Assembly: GCA_017935195.1 (NCBI GenBank)
Contig: JAGBIB010000065.1
Span: 1-45,163, forward strand
DNA length: 45,163 nt
DNA from: Clostridia bacterium
GTDB taxonomy: Bacteria; Bacillota; Clostridia; Oscillospirales; CAG-272
Reading direction: 5' to 3'
In this document: one piece after another, positions 32,646 to 41,574 of the stretch
Layout of the letters: every line of letters starts with the position of its first letter
Numbering within the stretch: the stretch's first letter is position 1
Notes under the pieces: generated by a model
What the model saw: only the letters and a program-made list of their open reading frames with translations
The model's database searches: none
Told to the model about the DNA's origin: nothing
Translations under genes and position numbers: made by a program

Positions 32646-35600
32646 ATGAAACGATTTGTAAAATTCACCAGTCTTCTGCTGGCGATCCTGACGGTCCTGC
32701 CCTGCATTCCCGTCTTCGCCGCAGATCTCGGCGAAAGCGTCAGTCTCGTTGAAAACGGACTCGCCGCTCATTACGACGCCTCCAACAACACGGGCGACGG
32801 TCACGATGCCACATCAGAGGTCCTTGCCGACCTTGCAGGCGAAAACGACATTGCCCTCACTCTGTCCGAGAGCGTTTCCTTCACCGAGGATGCCCTGCGC
32901 ATTTCCGCAGCACAGGTAGAATTCCCCGAAGCGATCCTCGACATCGTCAACGGCTCCGAATTCACCGTGGAAATGAAGGTGGGCACCATTGCCGCCATCG
33001 GCTCGTCCTACACCACCATGATCAACTCGGCAAACGATAATTTTGCCCTCTTCCTGCGCACCGCAGGCGATCTGGTGGAATTCAAAAACGGTTCCAACGG
33101 CAGACCCACCGTTCCCGACGGCAAGAATCTTGTGGAAAACTCCACCATCACCCTCACCTTCTCCCTCACCGACCGCTCCTGCGTGATGTATGTGGACGGC
33201 CATGAAAGAGGCAGAGCCGCCGCATCCTCCCTCATCGGTGCCAACACTCCCTTCTTCTTCGGCCACACCGGCACATCCAAGGCGCACACCGCCGACTACC
33301 GGGCATTCCGCTTCTACACCCGTGCGCTCAGCGCCAAAGAGGTAGCACAGAACGCCAAGGCAGACGGCACCTTCGACGAAAGCTATATCCCCTCCAAGGA
33401 CTACACCAAGACCGCACAGACCGCCCTTGACACGGTGGGCGATCTTGCTCTGGTGCAGTGGGCAGACAGTCAGGCAAAGCTGACGGCACTGACCTCCGCC
33501 AAGCAAAAGCCTGCCGTTGCCATCTACTACTTAGACAGTTCCCTGAAGCTGACCGACAAGGACGGCAAGTCCTTTGCAAGCCTTCAGAGCATCCTGACCC
33601 TGCCCATCGTTCCCGCCTTCTATATTCGGGACGCCAAGACCGTTACCGCTTTGCAAAAGGCGGCAGAGGAGATCGGTCTGCTGGACTTCTACGTGATCTC
33701 CGATCAGCCCGCCCTTGTGAAGGCGGCAAGACAGGCTATGCCCCTCAGCTACGGCGCCATCGATTTAAGCGCCCGCTTTGAAGGCAGAACCTACCTGACC
33801 GATCTTGAGCAAAGCGATATCAGACGTCTTGTGAACGTTTCGCTTGCCAAGGTGGTCATCCTTCCCGAAAGCGTTGCCAACAAGGAAGACATCGATGCTT
33901 TAAACAAGCTCCAGCTCTCCCCCTGGATCATGGCAAAAGAAGGTCTTGAAAAGCAGACCGATGCCCTGACCCTGTTGCTCTCCTCGGCACACGGTATCGT
34001 TTCCGACAATACCGCCCTGCTGGTTTCTGCGGCAAACGAGCTGTTGAAGGATAACACCCTTCTTCGTTCTCCCGTGAACATCGGTCACAGAGGCACCTAC
34101 GCCTCCATCGCAAAGGCACCCGAAAACACCCTTGAAAACGCCATCGTTGCCTACGAAAACGGTGCAAACGCGCTGGAAATCGACGTCTTTATGACCAAGG
34201 ATGGCGTGATCGTCCTCCACCACGATTCGGGCACCGGCACGGGCAAGATGAAGAAGCCCGACGGCACCTCCTCCAACTGGAGCATTGAAAACAACAACTG
34301 GAGCTTCCTTTCCACCCTCTACTACACCGGCTACACCGAAACTGACGAAAACGGTGACGAGGTAGAATACACCGGCTTCCACATCTCCACCTTGGAATCT
34401 CTCTTAAAGGAATTCAAGGGCAAGGACGTACAGCTGGTCATCGAGATCAAGAGCAGCAAGGAAGCCATCGTTCCCGAGCTGAAGAGACTGATCGACGCTT
34501 ACGATATGTACGATCAGAGCGTGATCATCTGCTTCCCCTCCTTCGGTCTGCAGGATGACCTGATGACCTACTTCCCCGAAATGCCCGTGGGCACTCTTCT
34601 GGGTGTTGCCGCAGGCTCCGAGCCCGAAACGGTGCTGAAGTATACCGCAAAGGATTCTCTGCCCGTCAACGCCGTGCCCGACATCAACTACAGCGGCTAC
34701 GGTGCAGGATTCGTGCGTGCCGCCTCCCACAGAGGCATCACCGTCTGGGGCTATACCATCAACAATACCGCCTCCATTTATAACGGACTGCTGGACGGTC
34801 TTTCGGGCATCACCACCGACAACGCCCACGTGCTTGGCGCTCTTGCCAAGGGCGTGACGGCAACCACCCCCTATTGGGTGGCTCCCGGCTCTGCCCTGAA
34901 GGTAGACGCCACCGTGACCGCCTACAACCGCACCGCCATCAAGGACGGCGCATTCCTCGTCATCCTGGAGGGTGAAGAGCTGATCGCTTCTGCCGACGGC
35001 ATGAGCCTGCAGCTGAATGAAAATGCAAACGGCAGCATCACCTATATGGTGGGCTACACCCAGTCCTTGGGCGAGCAGGGCGAATACACCCTGTACTGCC
35101 AGCCCGTGACCGTTCTGGTCAGCGAAAACGAGCAGACCGCTCCCGCTCCCGAAAAGGTCACCGAGCCTGCTCTGCTGACCCTGATCGGCGACGGCAGCTG
35201 CTTCTATAACGAAACCGCAGGCGACGCCGTTTCCACGGTACTGGAATTTGCCGTCACCCTCAAGGACGGCTCCTCCGCCAAGGCTCTCTTTGAAAACAAA
35301 GCCTCCTACCTGTGGGAGCTGACCGCAAACGGCAAGAGCTACACCGTTACTCCCGCATCCTTTGACGAAAAAACCGGTGAATTCACCTTCCTGCTGACCA
35401 AAGAGCAGGGCTTCGTTCCCGCAAAGGACACCCTTTACACCCTCTCCCTTGCCCTGTATCAGGGACAGACGGTAAAATACCGCTCTGCAAACGAGCTGAT
35501 TGAAAAGACCCCCGCCGACTTGATGAACGCCCACTCCCACGTGTGGAGCAACGCAATGAGCTACATCGTCAGACCCTCCAACTACGAAAGCGGCATCGGC

Positions 35601-37169
35601 TACTACCCCTGCACCGTTTGCGGTGCAAAGAGCGAAACGGTAACCCTGCCCAAGGTCAATTACACCCTTGGTGACGTCAACGTCGACGGCAGATCCTCCA
35701 TTTCCGACGTGACTGCCCTCTTGAACTACCTGAGCGCAAGCGCAATGGAGCAGACCTATATGCTGAAGACCGGCGTGATCCATCAGGCAGAAGCAAACTT
35801 CGACTGCGATATTCAGGGTACCGTGGCACTCACCGACGTGACCGCCCTCTTGAATTACCTTGCAGGCGATAAGCCCACCCTGCCCTCCATCGAGCAGGAC
35901 GGTCTGGTTGCCTGGTACGAGGGAAGCGAGCACACCGACACCCTGTGGACCGACAAGAAGGGCGACAACGACATCAGCATCACCGCAGGAAGCTTTGAAA
36001 ACGGCGCACTGGTGCTGGAGAATCAGCAGGTCACCCTCCCCTCCGCCGTATACGATGCGGTAAGAGGCAGCGAATACACCATCGAGCTCAATCTGGGCGC
36101 CTTCGCCACCGTATACGCCCCCGCGGGCGGCTCGGGCTACTGCACCTGGCTTTGCAACAGCGGAAGCGAACAGGTTTCTCTGTTCATCACCAACAGCGAC
36201 GGAAAATTCTCTGCAAAGATGTCCGGCGTGGGTACAAGACCCTCACTTAAAAACGCAAACGTGGAAATGCAGAACGCCACTATTGCCGTCACCTATAAGA
36301 CCAGCGGCAAGGCCATCCTGTATGTCAACGGCGTGGAGGTAAGCTCCCAGAACGCCAACGCCACCAACAGCAACAGCAAGGCTGGCGCAGGCTCCACCTT
36401 CATTCTGGGCAACTCGGCATCCAACAAGCTGAGCACCACCGAGTTCCAGGGTCTGCGCTTCTATGGCAGAGCGCTCACCGCCGAGGAGATCGCAGAAAAC
36501 GCCGCATACGATATGAAGAACAGCCCCCTTCCCACCGTGGTAAAGGACGGTTTAGCAGCGTGGTACGACGGCGAGATCTACGATGGCAAGACCTGGGTAG
36601 ATCTGACCGGCAGAAACGATATCGAAACCACCGCAGGTGCTTTTGAAAAAGGTGCCTTCCACCTGCCCGAGGGCACCGAGCAGAAGCTGCCCAAGGGTTT
36701 GATCCCCGCACTTCAGGGCGAGGACTACACCATCGAGCTGAATCTCGGCGCATTTGAAGCCACCGGCACCAACTACACCACCTGGCTTTGCAACCTGCCC
36801 TCCGGCAACTCCGAGGTGCTGTCTCTCTACATTGAGAACCTCAACAGCAAGGATACCTTCTACGGCAAGGTTTCGGGTCTTAGCCGCGGCGCACGTCCCA
36901 ATATCGCCAAGGCATCGGGTGCGCTTCAGAACGCCACCATTACCATCACCTATGAGACTGGCGGAAGCGCCATCCTCTACGTCAACGGCAGAAAGATCAG
37001 CACCATGTCCGCCGCCACCACCCTGAAGCACGGCGGCATTGCAGAGCTGGTTCTGGGCGCCGCCACCGCCACCAACAGCGGCAACACCTACTTCGAAGGC
37101 CTGCGCATCTACGACAGAGCGCTCAGCGCCGCAGAGGTTCGCAGAAACGTGGCAGTTGACAACGGTTGA
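32646..37169 (+). CDS. 1,507-aa secreted multidomain protein: LamG-like, unknown ~220-aa module, GDPD phosphodiesterase, Ig-like region, dockerin, then two more LamG-like domains
   Basis: Signal peptide MKRFVKFTSLLLAILTVLPCIPVFAADL. LamG_3-type endings appear three times (RFYTRALSAKEV, RFYGRALTAEEI, RIYDRALSAAEV). GDPD motifs are NIGHRG, PENTL, LEIDVFMT and VLHHD (about 34068..34830). Confidence 0.8.
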   Translation: MKRFVKFTSLLLAILTVLPCIPVFAADLGESVSLVENGLAAHYDASNNTGDGHDATSEVLADLAGENDIALTLSESVSFTEDALRISAAQVEFPEAILDIVNGSEFTVEMKVGTIAAIGSSYTTMINSANDNFALFLRTAGDLVEFKNGSNGRPTVPDGKNLVENSTITLTFSLTDRSCVMYVDGHERGRAAASSLIGANTPFFFGHTGTSKAHTADYRAFRFYTRALSAKEVAQNAKADGTFDESYIPSKDYTKTAQTALDTVGDLALVQWADSQAKLTALTSAKQKPAVAIYYLDSSLKLTDKDGKSFASLQSILTLPIVPAFYIRDAKTVTALQKAAEEIGLLDFYVISDQPALVKAARQAMPLSYGAIDLSARFEGRTYLTDLEQSDIRRLVNVSLAKVVILPESVANKEDIDALNKLQLSPWIMAKEGLEKQTDALTLLLSSAHGIVSDNTALLVSAANELLKDNTLLRSPVNIGHRGTYASIAKAPENTLENAIVAYENGANALEIDVFMTKDGVIVLHHDSGTGTGKMKKPDGTSSNWSIENNNWSFLSTLYYTGYTETDENGDEVEYTGFHISTLESLLKEFKGKDVQLVIEIKSSKEAIVPELKRLIDAYDMYDQSVIICFPSFGLQDDLMTYFPEMPVGTLLGVAAGSEPETVLKYTAKDSLPVNAVPDINYSGYGAGFVRAASHRGITVWGYTINNTASIYNGLLDGLSGITTDNAHVLGALAKGVTATTPYWVAPGSALKVDATVTAYNRTAIKDGAFLVILEGEELIASADGMSLQLNENANGSITYMVGYTQSLGEQGEYTLYCQPVTVLVSENEQTAPAPEKVTEPALLTLIGDGSCFYNETAGDAVSTVLEFAVTLKDGSSAKALFENKASYLWELTANGKSYTVTPASFDEKTGEFTFLLTKEQGFVPAKDTLYTLSLALYQGQTVKYRSANELIEKTPADLMNAHSHVWSNAMSYIVRPSNYESGIGYYPCTVCGAKSETVTLPKVNYTLGDVNVDGRSSISDVTALLNYLSASAMEQTYMLKTGVIHQAEANFDCDIQGTVALTDVTALLNYLAGDKPTLPSIEQDGLVAWYEGSEHTDTLWTDKKGDNDISITAGSFENGALVLENQQVTLPSAVYDAVRGSEYTIELNLGAFATVYAPAGGSGYCTWLCNSGSEQVSLFITNSDGKFSAKMSGVGTRPSLKNANVEMQNATIAVTYKTSGKAILYVNGVEVSSQNANATNSNSKAGAGSTFILGNSASNKLSTTEFQGLRFYGRALTAEEIAENAAYDMKNSPLPTVVKDGLAAWYDGEIYDGKTWVDLTGRNDIETTAGAFEKGAFHLPEGTEQKLPKGLIPALQGEDYTIELNLGAFEATGTNYTTWLCNLPSGNSEVLSLYIENLNSKDTFYGKVSGLSRGARPNIAKASGALQNATITITYETGGSAILYVNGRKISTMSAATTLKHGGIAELVLGAATATNSGNTYFEGLRIYDRALSAAEVRRNVAVDNG
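35670..35870 (+). other. Internal dockerin-type module (two Ca-binding repeat segments) of the large exoprotein
   Basis: GDVNVDGRSSISDVTALLNYL ... DCDIQGTVALTDVTALLNYLAG. The DNA segment GACGTGAC(T/C)GCCCTCTTGAA(C/T)TACCT is duplicated. Confidence 0.7.
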
Positions 37170-37186
37170 TCGCAACCTACCATCCC

Positions 37187-37224
37187 CTTCCCCCCGAGGA
37201 CTCGTCCTCGGGGGGAAGTTTTTT
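37187..37224 (+). terminator. Intrinsic terminator after the large exoprotein gene
   Basis: CTTCCCCCCGAGGA-CTCG-TCCTCGGGGGGAAG-TTTTTT. Confidence 0.9.
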
Positions 37225-37486
37225 ACTTTAAAAAAACACCTGTTTTAAGGCGGAGGCACCAAGAAAAAGTGTTTGTAAATTTTAAATGAACAAATTGTGT
37301 CGGCGTTCACTGCTTTAGACAATATTTGCTTCAAAAAACGTATTTTTAGGGTAAATTCCCGTTTTTTTAGACAAAACAAGGGAAAAATCGCTTTAGGATT
37401 CAGAAAGGGCGGTATGATATACTGTTGTTGCCATCAGAACTTGGCAAAAAACGACACTGTCTGATATAGACGGAAAGGAACAAAAA

Positions 37487-38260
37487 ATGAAAAAAATCCT
37501 TGCGGTATTTCTCTCCCTCCTCCTTTGCGCATCGGCCTGCGGATGCTCAATGTTCACCGAAAAACTGGATCAACAATACGATAAGGCATATCGCTCCATG
37601 AAACAAGGCAATTATGAAGAGGCTATTGAACTGTTTCTTGACTTAGGCAAGTACAAAGATGCCGCCGAATGTGCAGTGTACTGCGAAGCACTGAGCTACT
37701 GCTCCATTGGCGACTACGAATCCGCTTATGTTGCGCTGGAGGATATTCCCGACTACCCCGGCACAAAGGCCCTTTTGAAAAACATTTACTATGAGAGCCG
37801 TGCAATCGTAGCGCTTCAAAAACTGCGCTCCTATATGAAAAACCCCGATTCGCTTTCCGTTACCTCCATTTCCTTCCGATACGATGAAGAAAACTACGAA
37901 AATCCTCCTTGTATCATGTGGACCACCGGTCAAAACGGCTTAGGCGGATACAGCACCAGCTACGTTCTCTGTACCTATAGCGAGGACACCAAAAGCTATA
38001 TCTACTTGGGAAGCTGTGACACCTTGGACGTCGACGACGCAGACGACTACACCGAAAAAATGATCATTGCTTTGATCAACTATTACCAAGAAGACAGCGA
38101 GGTTTCGGATGCCGTGGATATCGACAGAGTTTCCGATATCATCTCCGAAGGAAAGCTTAAAAAGGTATCGATCATTGACGATCTGTCCTATGATATGATC
38201 GCTGAAAGCACCGATCTCACTCCCGATCCCGAAAGCGACACTTCGACCAAAGACGCTTAA
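37487..38260 (+). CDS. Hypothetical lipoprotein, with AT-richer codon usage than its neighbours
   Basis: Lipobox LLCASACGC. The N-terminus has TPR-like helices (QGNYEEAIELFLDLGKYKDAAECAVYCEAL) and the tail is acidic. RBS GGAAAGGAA. I recognise no family. Confidence 0.6.
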   Translation: MKKILAVFLSLLLCASACGCSMFTEKLDQQYDKAYRSMKQGNYEEAIELFLDLGKYKDAAECAVYCEALSYCSIGDYESAYVALEDIPDYPGTKALLKNIYYESRAIVALQKLRSYMKNPDSLSVTSISFRYDEENYENPPCIMWTTGQNGLGGYSTSYVLCTYSEDTKSYIYLGSCDTLDVDDADDYTEKMIIALINYYQEDSEVSDAVDIDRVSDIISEGKLKKVSIIDDLSYDMIAESTDLTPDPESDTSTKDA

Positions 38261-38273
38261 ACACCCTTCGGTA

Positions 38274-38307
38274 AGAGCCTCAATCCTCCGCTTGAGGCTC
38301 TTTTTTT
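38274..38307 (+). terminator. Intrinsic terminator after the lipoprotein gene
   Basis: AGAGCCTCAA-TCCTCCGC-TTGAGGCTCT-TTTTTT. Confidence 0.85.
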
Positions 38308-38450
38308 AACGAACGATGCGCCTCCCCCCTTTGAACAGCCACCGTAAACTCGACACCCCCAAAGGAGTAAAACTGGTTACAGATGGAACGCTGATCTTCC
38401 ATAAATCAGTGCTACAACGAAGCTTGAACGGAAAGCACCTTTTCCGATTC

Positions 38451-38494
38451 AAAAAGCTCCCCCTTCGTGGGAATCCACGAAGGGGGAGCTTTTT
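38451..38494. terminator. Perfect 20-bp palindromic bidirectional terminator, serving the EamA operon
   Basis: AAAAAGCTCCCCCTTCGTGG-GAAT-CCACGAAGGGGGAGCTTTTT. Confidence 0.85.
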
Positions 38495-38547
38495 CGATTG
38501 ATTCAGAGTTGTTCCGATTGATCTTTGGTCGTTCTGAAACAACGGGA

Positions 38548-39462
38548 TCAATGCTTCCTCGCCTTCCTGCCCGCAAACAGGTCGGGCAGCAGTTCCCCTG
38601 CCATAGCGGAGCCGATGACAAGGATCGCGCCGACGGCGGCAAGAGGGGTCAGGCGCTCGTGAAGGAGCAGGGCTGACCAGAGGATGGCTGTAGCGGGGTC
38701 AAGGTAGGATAAAAGCGCCACCGTCTGCCCCTTTAACTTCATCATCGAGCCGAAATATAAAGCGTAGCAGATGCCGGTATGCACCACGCCGATGATGGCA
38801 AGGAGAGTCCATTCCTGCCATCTGCAGTCCTTTAAGGTGGCAAATTCGCCGCCGAAAAGGCAGAAGGGCAGAAGGGTGAGGGCGGCAACCGAAAGCTGAA
38901 CCACCGTGCGCTCGTAGGCGGAGATCTCCTTCAGCTTCTTATTCAAGATCATCACCGAGGCGTAAAGCAGGGCGGCACCGATGCCGTAAAGGACGCAAAA
39001 GAGGTCAGCACCCCCGCCTGCCTCAAAGACACCCGACACCAAAAGCATTCCAAGCAGGGCGACGACCACGGCAACGAGCTTCGTGGGGGTAAGCTTTTCC
39101 TTTAAAAGCAGGGGGGAAAAGAGGATGACGAAGATGGGGGCGGTATAGTAGCAAAGGGTGCCCACCGACACCGAAATATCCACCGCTTCAAAAAGCAGCA
39201 GCCAATTGAGCCCGATGCAGATGCCCGATGCAAGCAGGACGGGCAGGTTTCGTTTTACTGCACCAAAGGAAAATTTCTTCCTTGTGATCAGCATAAAAAG
39301 AACGAGGAAGAGGGCGCCCAGCGCACCGCGGATGAGTGCCACCAAGGCGGGGGGAAGCTCCAGACTGTTTTTTAAAACCCCCACCGTGCCGAAGATCAGC
39401 ACGGACGTGATCAACGCCGACAATGCACCCACGGGCGTTTTTTCGTTTTTTTGTTTGGTCAT
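38548..39462 (-). CDS. EamA/DMT-family transporter
   Basis: 304 aa with 10 TM helices in two EamA-like halves. Confidence 0.8.
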   Translation of the reverse strand: MTKQKNEKTPVGALSALITSVLIFGTVGVLKNSLELPPALVALIRGALGALFLVLFMLITRKKFSFGAVKRNLPVLLASGICIGLNWLLLFEAVDISVSVGTLCYYTAPIFVILFSPLLLKEKLTPTKLVAVVVALLGMLLVSGVFEAGGGADLFCVLYGIGAALLYASVMILNKKLKEISAYERTVVQLSVAALTLLPFCLFGGEFATLKDCRWQEWTLLAIIGVVHTGICYALYFGSMMKLKGQTVALLSYLDPATAILWSALLLHERLTPLAAVGAILVIGSAMAGELLPDLFAGRKARKH

Positions 39463-39478
39463 ACCATTCCTTTCTGCC

Positions 39479-40441
39479 TCAAACCACTCTGTTTTTCTCT
39501 TCGCCCTTTAAAAAGGCGTCCAGATTCTCTGCCGCAATGCGAGATAGCCGCTCTCTGGTTTCTGTGGGTGTCCAAGCAATATGAGGGGTAATAAAGCAGT
39601 TTTTCAGTCCGAAAAGAGGGCAATCCTTCGCCATCGGCTCGCTTTTGAGCACATCAAGGCAGGCGCAGGAAATCCTGCCCTTCTTTAGCGCCTTTGCAAG
39701 GGCCTGCTCGTTTACAAGACCTCCTCTTGCGGTGTTGATCAGCACGGCGCTTTTTTTCATCAAAGCAAGGCTTTCTTCGTTTATAAAATCGGCAGTCTTG
39801 GGAGTCAGCGGCGCGTTGAGTGAAAGAAAATCGCTCTCCTTTAACAGCTCTTCCCTTGAAACGAAGGTCACGAAAGAGTCGTCCCGAGTCGTTCTCGTAT
39901 GCACGATCACCCTCATCCCGAAGGCACGCCCCAGAGCGGCGACTCTTTTGCCGATGTCGCCGTAGCCAAGAATGCCCAGGGTCTTTCCTTCCAGCTCCAC
40001 CGTTTTGTGAGTGAGCATGGAAAAGGAGGGTGAGGAGATCCAATCGCCCCGACCCGTTTCTTCAATATAAAGGTGGGTACTTCCTGCACTCATCAGAATA
40101 AAGGTGAAGACCAGCTGAGCCACCGCCCCACCCGAATAGCCGGGTACGTTACAAAGGGCAATGCCCCGCTCCTTTGCCGCCTCTACATCCACGTTGTTGT
40201 AGCCGGTGGCAAAAACGCCCACGTATTGAAGGTCTTTGAAGGCATCCATCACCGCCTTGGTGACGGGCGCCTTGCTGCAGACGATCGCCTGCGCCCCACC
40301 TGCCTGCGGATGGGCGGCAAGGGCAAGCATGGTCTGCTCGTCCTTTACCGTGCCGCCGTAAAAAACCTGCCCCAAGGCTTCAAAGGGTGAAAAGTCGATG
40401 CCCTCGCCAAGGGTTTCTGCGTCAAGCAAAAGGATCTTCAT
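39479..40441 (-). CDS. D-isomer-specific 2-hydroxyacid dehydrogenase (glycerate/hydroxypyruvate reductase-like)
   Basis: GILGYGDIGKRVA (NAD fold) plus the catalytic R/E/H set in NTARGGLV, LDVLKSEP and ITPHIAW. The start overlaps the mnmM stop by 4 nt. Confidence 0.85.
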   Translation of the reverse strand: MKILLLDAETLGEGIDFSPFEALGQVFYGGTVKDEQTMLALAAHPQAGGAQAIVCSKAPVTKAVMDAFKDLQYVGVFATGYNNVDVEAAKERGIALCNVPGYSGGAVAQLVFTFILMSAGSTHLYIEETGRGDWISSPSFSMLTHKTVELEGKTLGILGYGDIGKRVAALGRAFGMRVIVHTRTTRDDSFVTFVSREELLKESDFLSLNAPLTPKTADFINEESLALMKKSAVLINTARGGLVNEQALAKALKKGRISCACLDVLKSEPMAKDCPLFGLKNCFITPHIAWTPTETRERLSRIAAENLDAFLKGEEKNRVV

Positions 40442-41034
40442 TTCTTTGCCGCCTTTTTCTCGTATTTGCTAAAATCGGTGCGCTCGGTCTTCTCCACAAG
40501 GAAAAAGAAGGGCGAGGAGGGCGAATTCACGATATGAAATTCAGACACGGTGTAGATATAGCGGCTATAGCCCGAAAGCATCTCTCTGAGCATCTCGCCC
40601 TCAAGAAAGCCCTCCTCGTGGCCGGGATAGACGGCGATGAGCAGTCCGCCGCCGGGGGCGAGCATCTCAATGGCATCGGTGACCGCCTTTGCGGTGGTCT
40701 TGCGCATGGTGGTGCGCACCTTGTTGCTTCCGGGCAGATACCCCAGATTGAACATTCCCGCACAGATGGGGGTCTTGATATAGCTCTTTAAATTGCTGTG
40801 GGAATCCAAGATCAGAGTGCATTTGGAGGGTGCTCCCTCCTCCTTTAACCGCTTGTAGGTGTTCTTTAACGCCCCTGCCTGCACATCAAAGGCATACACC
40901 TGCCCCTCCTTGCCCACCTGACGGGAGAGCCACAGGGTATCGTTTCCGTTGCCCATGGTGAAATCGGCGGCAACGCCCCCTTCCTTTAAGTGGGAGGAGA
41001 GAAAATATTTATGTAATTCTAACAAGTCTACCAT
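40438..41034 (-). CDS. mnmM: SAM-dependent methyltransferase of the YtqB/MnmM type (tRNA mnm5s2U34 methyltransferase)
   Basis: DFTMGNGNDTLWL...GQVYAFDVQ...FNLGYLPG...LIAVYPGHEEG is collinear with B. subtilis YtqB as I recall it. Confidence 0.7.
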   Translation of the reverse strand: MVDLLELHKYFLSSHLKEGGVAADFTMGNGNDTLWLSRQVGKEGQVYAFDVQAGALKNTYKRLKEEGAPSKCTLILDSHSNLKSYIKTPICAGMFNLGYLPGSNKVRTTMRKTTAKAVTDAIEMLAPGGGLLIAVYPGHEEGFLEGEMLREMLSGYSRYIYTVSEFHIVNSPSSPFFFLVEKTERTDFSKYEKKAAKK

Positions 41035-41050
41035 AGAAATCTCCTTTATC

Positions 41051-41114
41051 TAAAAAAACAAGGAGTGCGCCGCGATACCCATCGGTGGGTGCCGGGGGAC
41101 ACTCCGTATCTTGT
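41051..41114 (-). terminator. Structured terminator or attenuator after acpP, abutting the mnmM RBS
   Basis: Minus strand ACAAG(ATAC)GGAGTG...CACTCCTTGT-TTTTTTA, with the inner hairpin ACCCA-CCGA-TGGGT. AAAGGAG of mnmM follows immediately. Confidence 0.5.
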
Positions 41115-41130
41115 TTTTGCTCTTGCAGAT

Positions 41131-41364
41131 TTACGCCTGCTCGGTCTTTTCTTTTACATATGCCAGGATATCCCCGGGCGTTCTGAACTTGACGATCTCT
41201 TCATCGGGAATGGACAGCGAAAAGGTCTGCTCCATCTCCATCAAGATCTCAACGATGTCCAGAGAGTCCGCACCCAGATCCTCCACGATATCGGTATCCA
41301 TCGAAATGCTGGAAGGGTCTATCTGCAACTGCTTTGCCAACACGGCAACGATCTGTTCGTACAT
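41131..41364 (-). CDS. acpP: Acyl carrier protein
   Basis: 77 aa with DLGADSLDIVEILMEME (DSL phosphopantetheine site). Confidence 0.9.
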   Translation of the reverse strand: MYEQIVAVLAKQLQIDPSSISMDTDIVEDLGADSLDIVEILMEMEQTFSLSIPDEEIVKFRTPGDILAYVKEKTEQA

Positions 41365-41410
41365 AAGTACCTCCGGGATTATTTTCCAAAACGTTCTCTT
41401 ACAGTTTTAT

Positions 41411-41439
41411 AGTATACCACATAATTAAAGGAATTGCAA
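41411..41439 (-). promoter_or_regulatory. sigmaA-type promoter of acpP
   Basis: Minus strand TTGCAA (41434..41439)-N17-TATACT (41411..41416). Confidence 0.55.
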
Positions 41440-41500
41440 GTGCATTTACAAAAAAATAAAGTTTTTTGTAAAAACGAGTAGAAAAGAAGGCAAAAAGCAG

Positions 41501-41529
41501 AAAAAATGCGTCAGAAAGGCGCATTTTTT
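41501..41529 (-). terminator. Intrinsic terminator after sigG
   Basis: AAAAAATGCG-loop-CGCATTTTTT. Confidence 0.7.
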
Positions 41530-41574
41530 CACTTCTCCGCTTTCGATGAAAGACAGAGGCAACGGCCTCTGCCT

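Noticed and set aside
35670-35870. Interpreting the dockerin as evidence of a cellulosome.
   Set aside because: No cohesin, scaffoldin or cellulase is visible in the window. As far as I know, dockerin-bearing proteins are common in non-cellulolytic Clostridia.
34404-35933. A 509-aa minus-strand ORF antisense to the large exoprotein gene. Similar long antisense or shadow ORFs occur at 8046..8954, 12343..12873, 18272..19207, 20143..21147, 25512..26105, 26987..27877, 28223..29065, 29226..29951 and 32814..33506.
   Set aside because: They lie wholly inside strongly supported genes on the opposite strand. Their composition is Gly/Ala/Val/His/Arg-rich and low-complexity, as is typical of GC-rich antisense frames. 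They have no RBS and no recognisable motifs.
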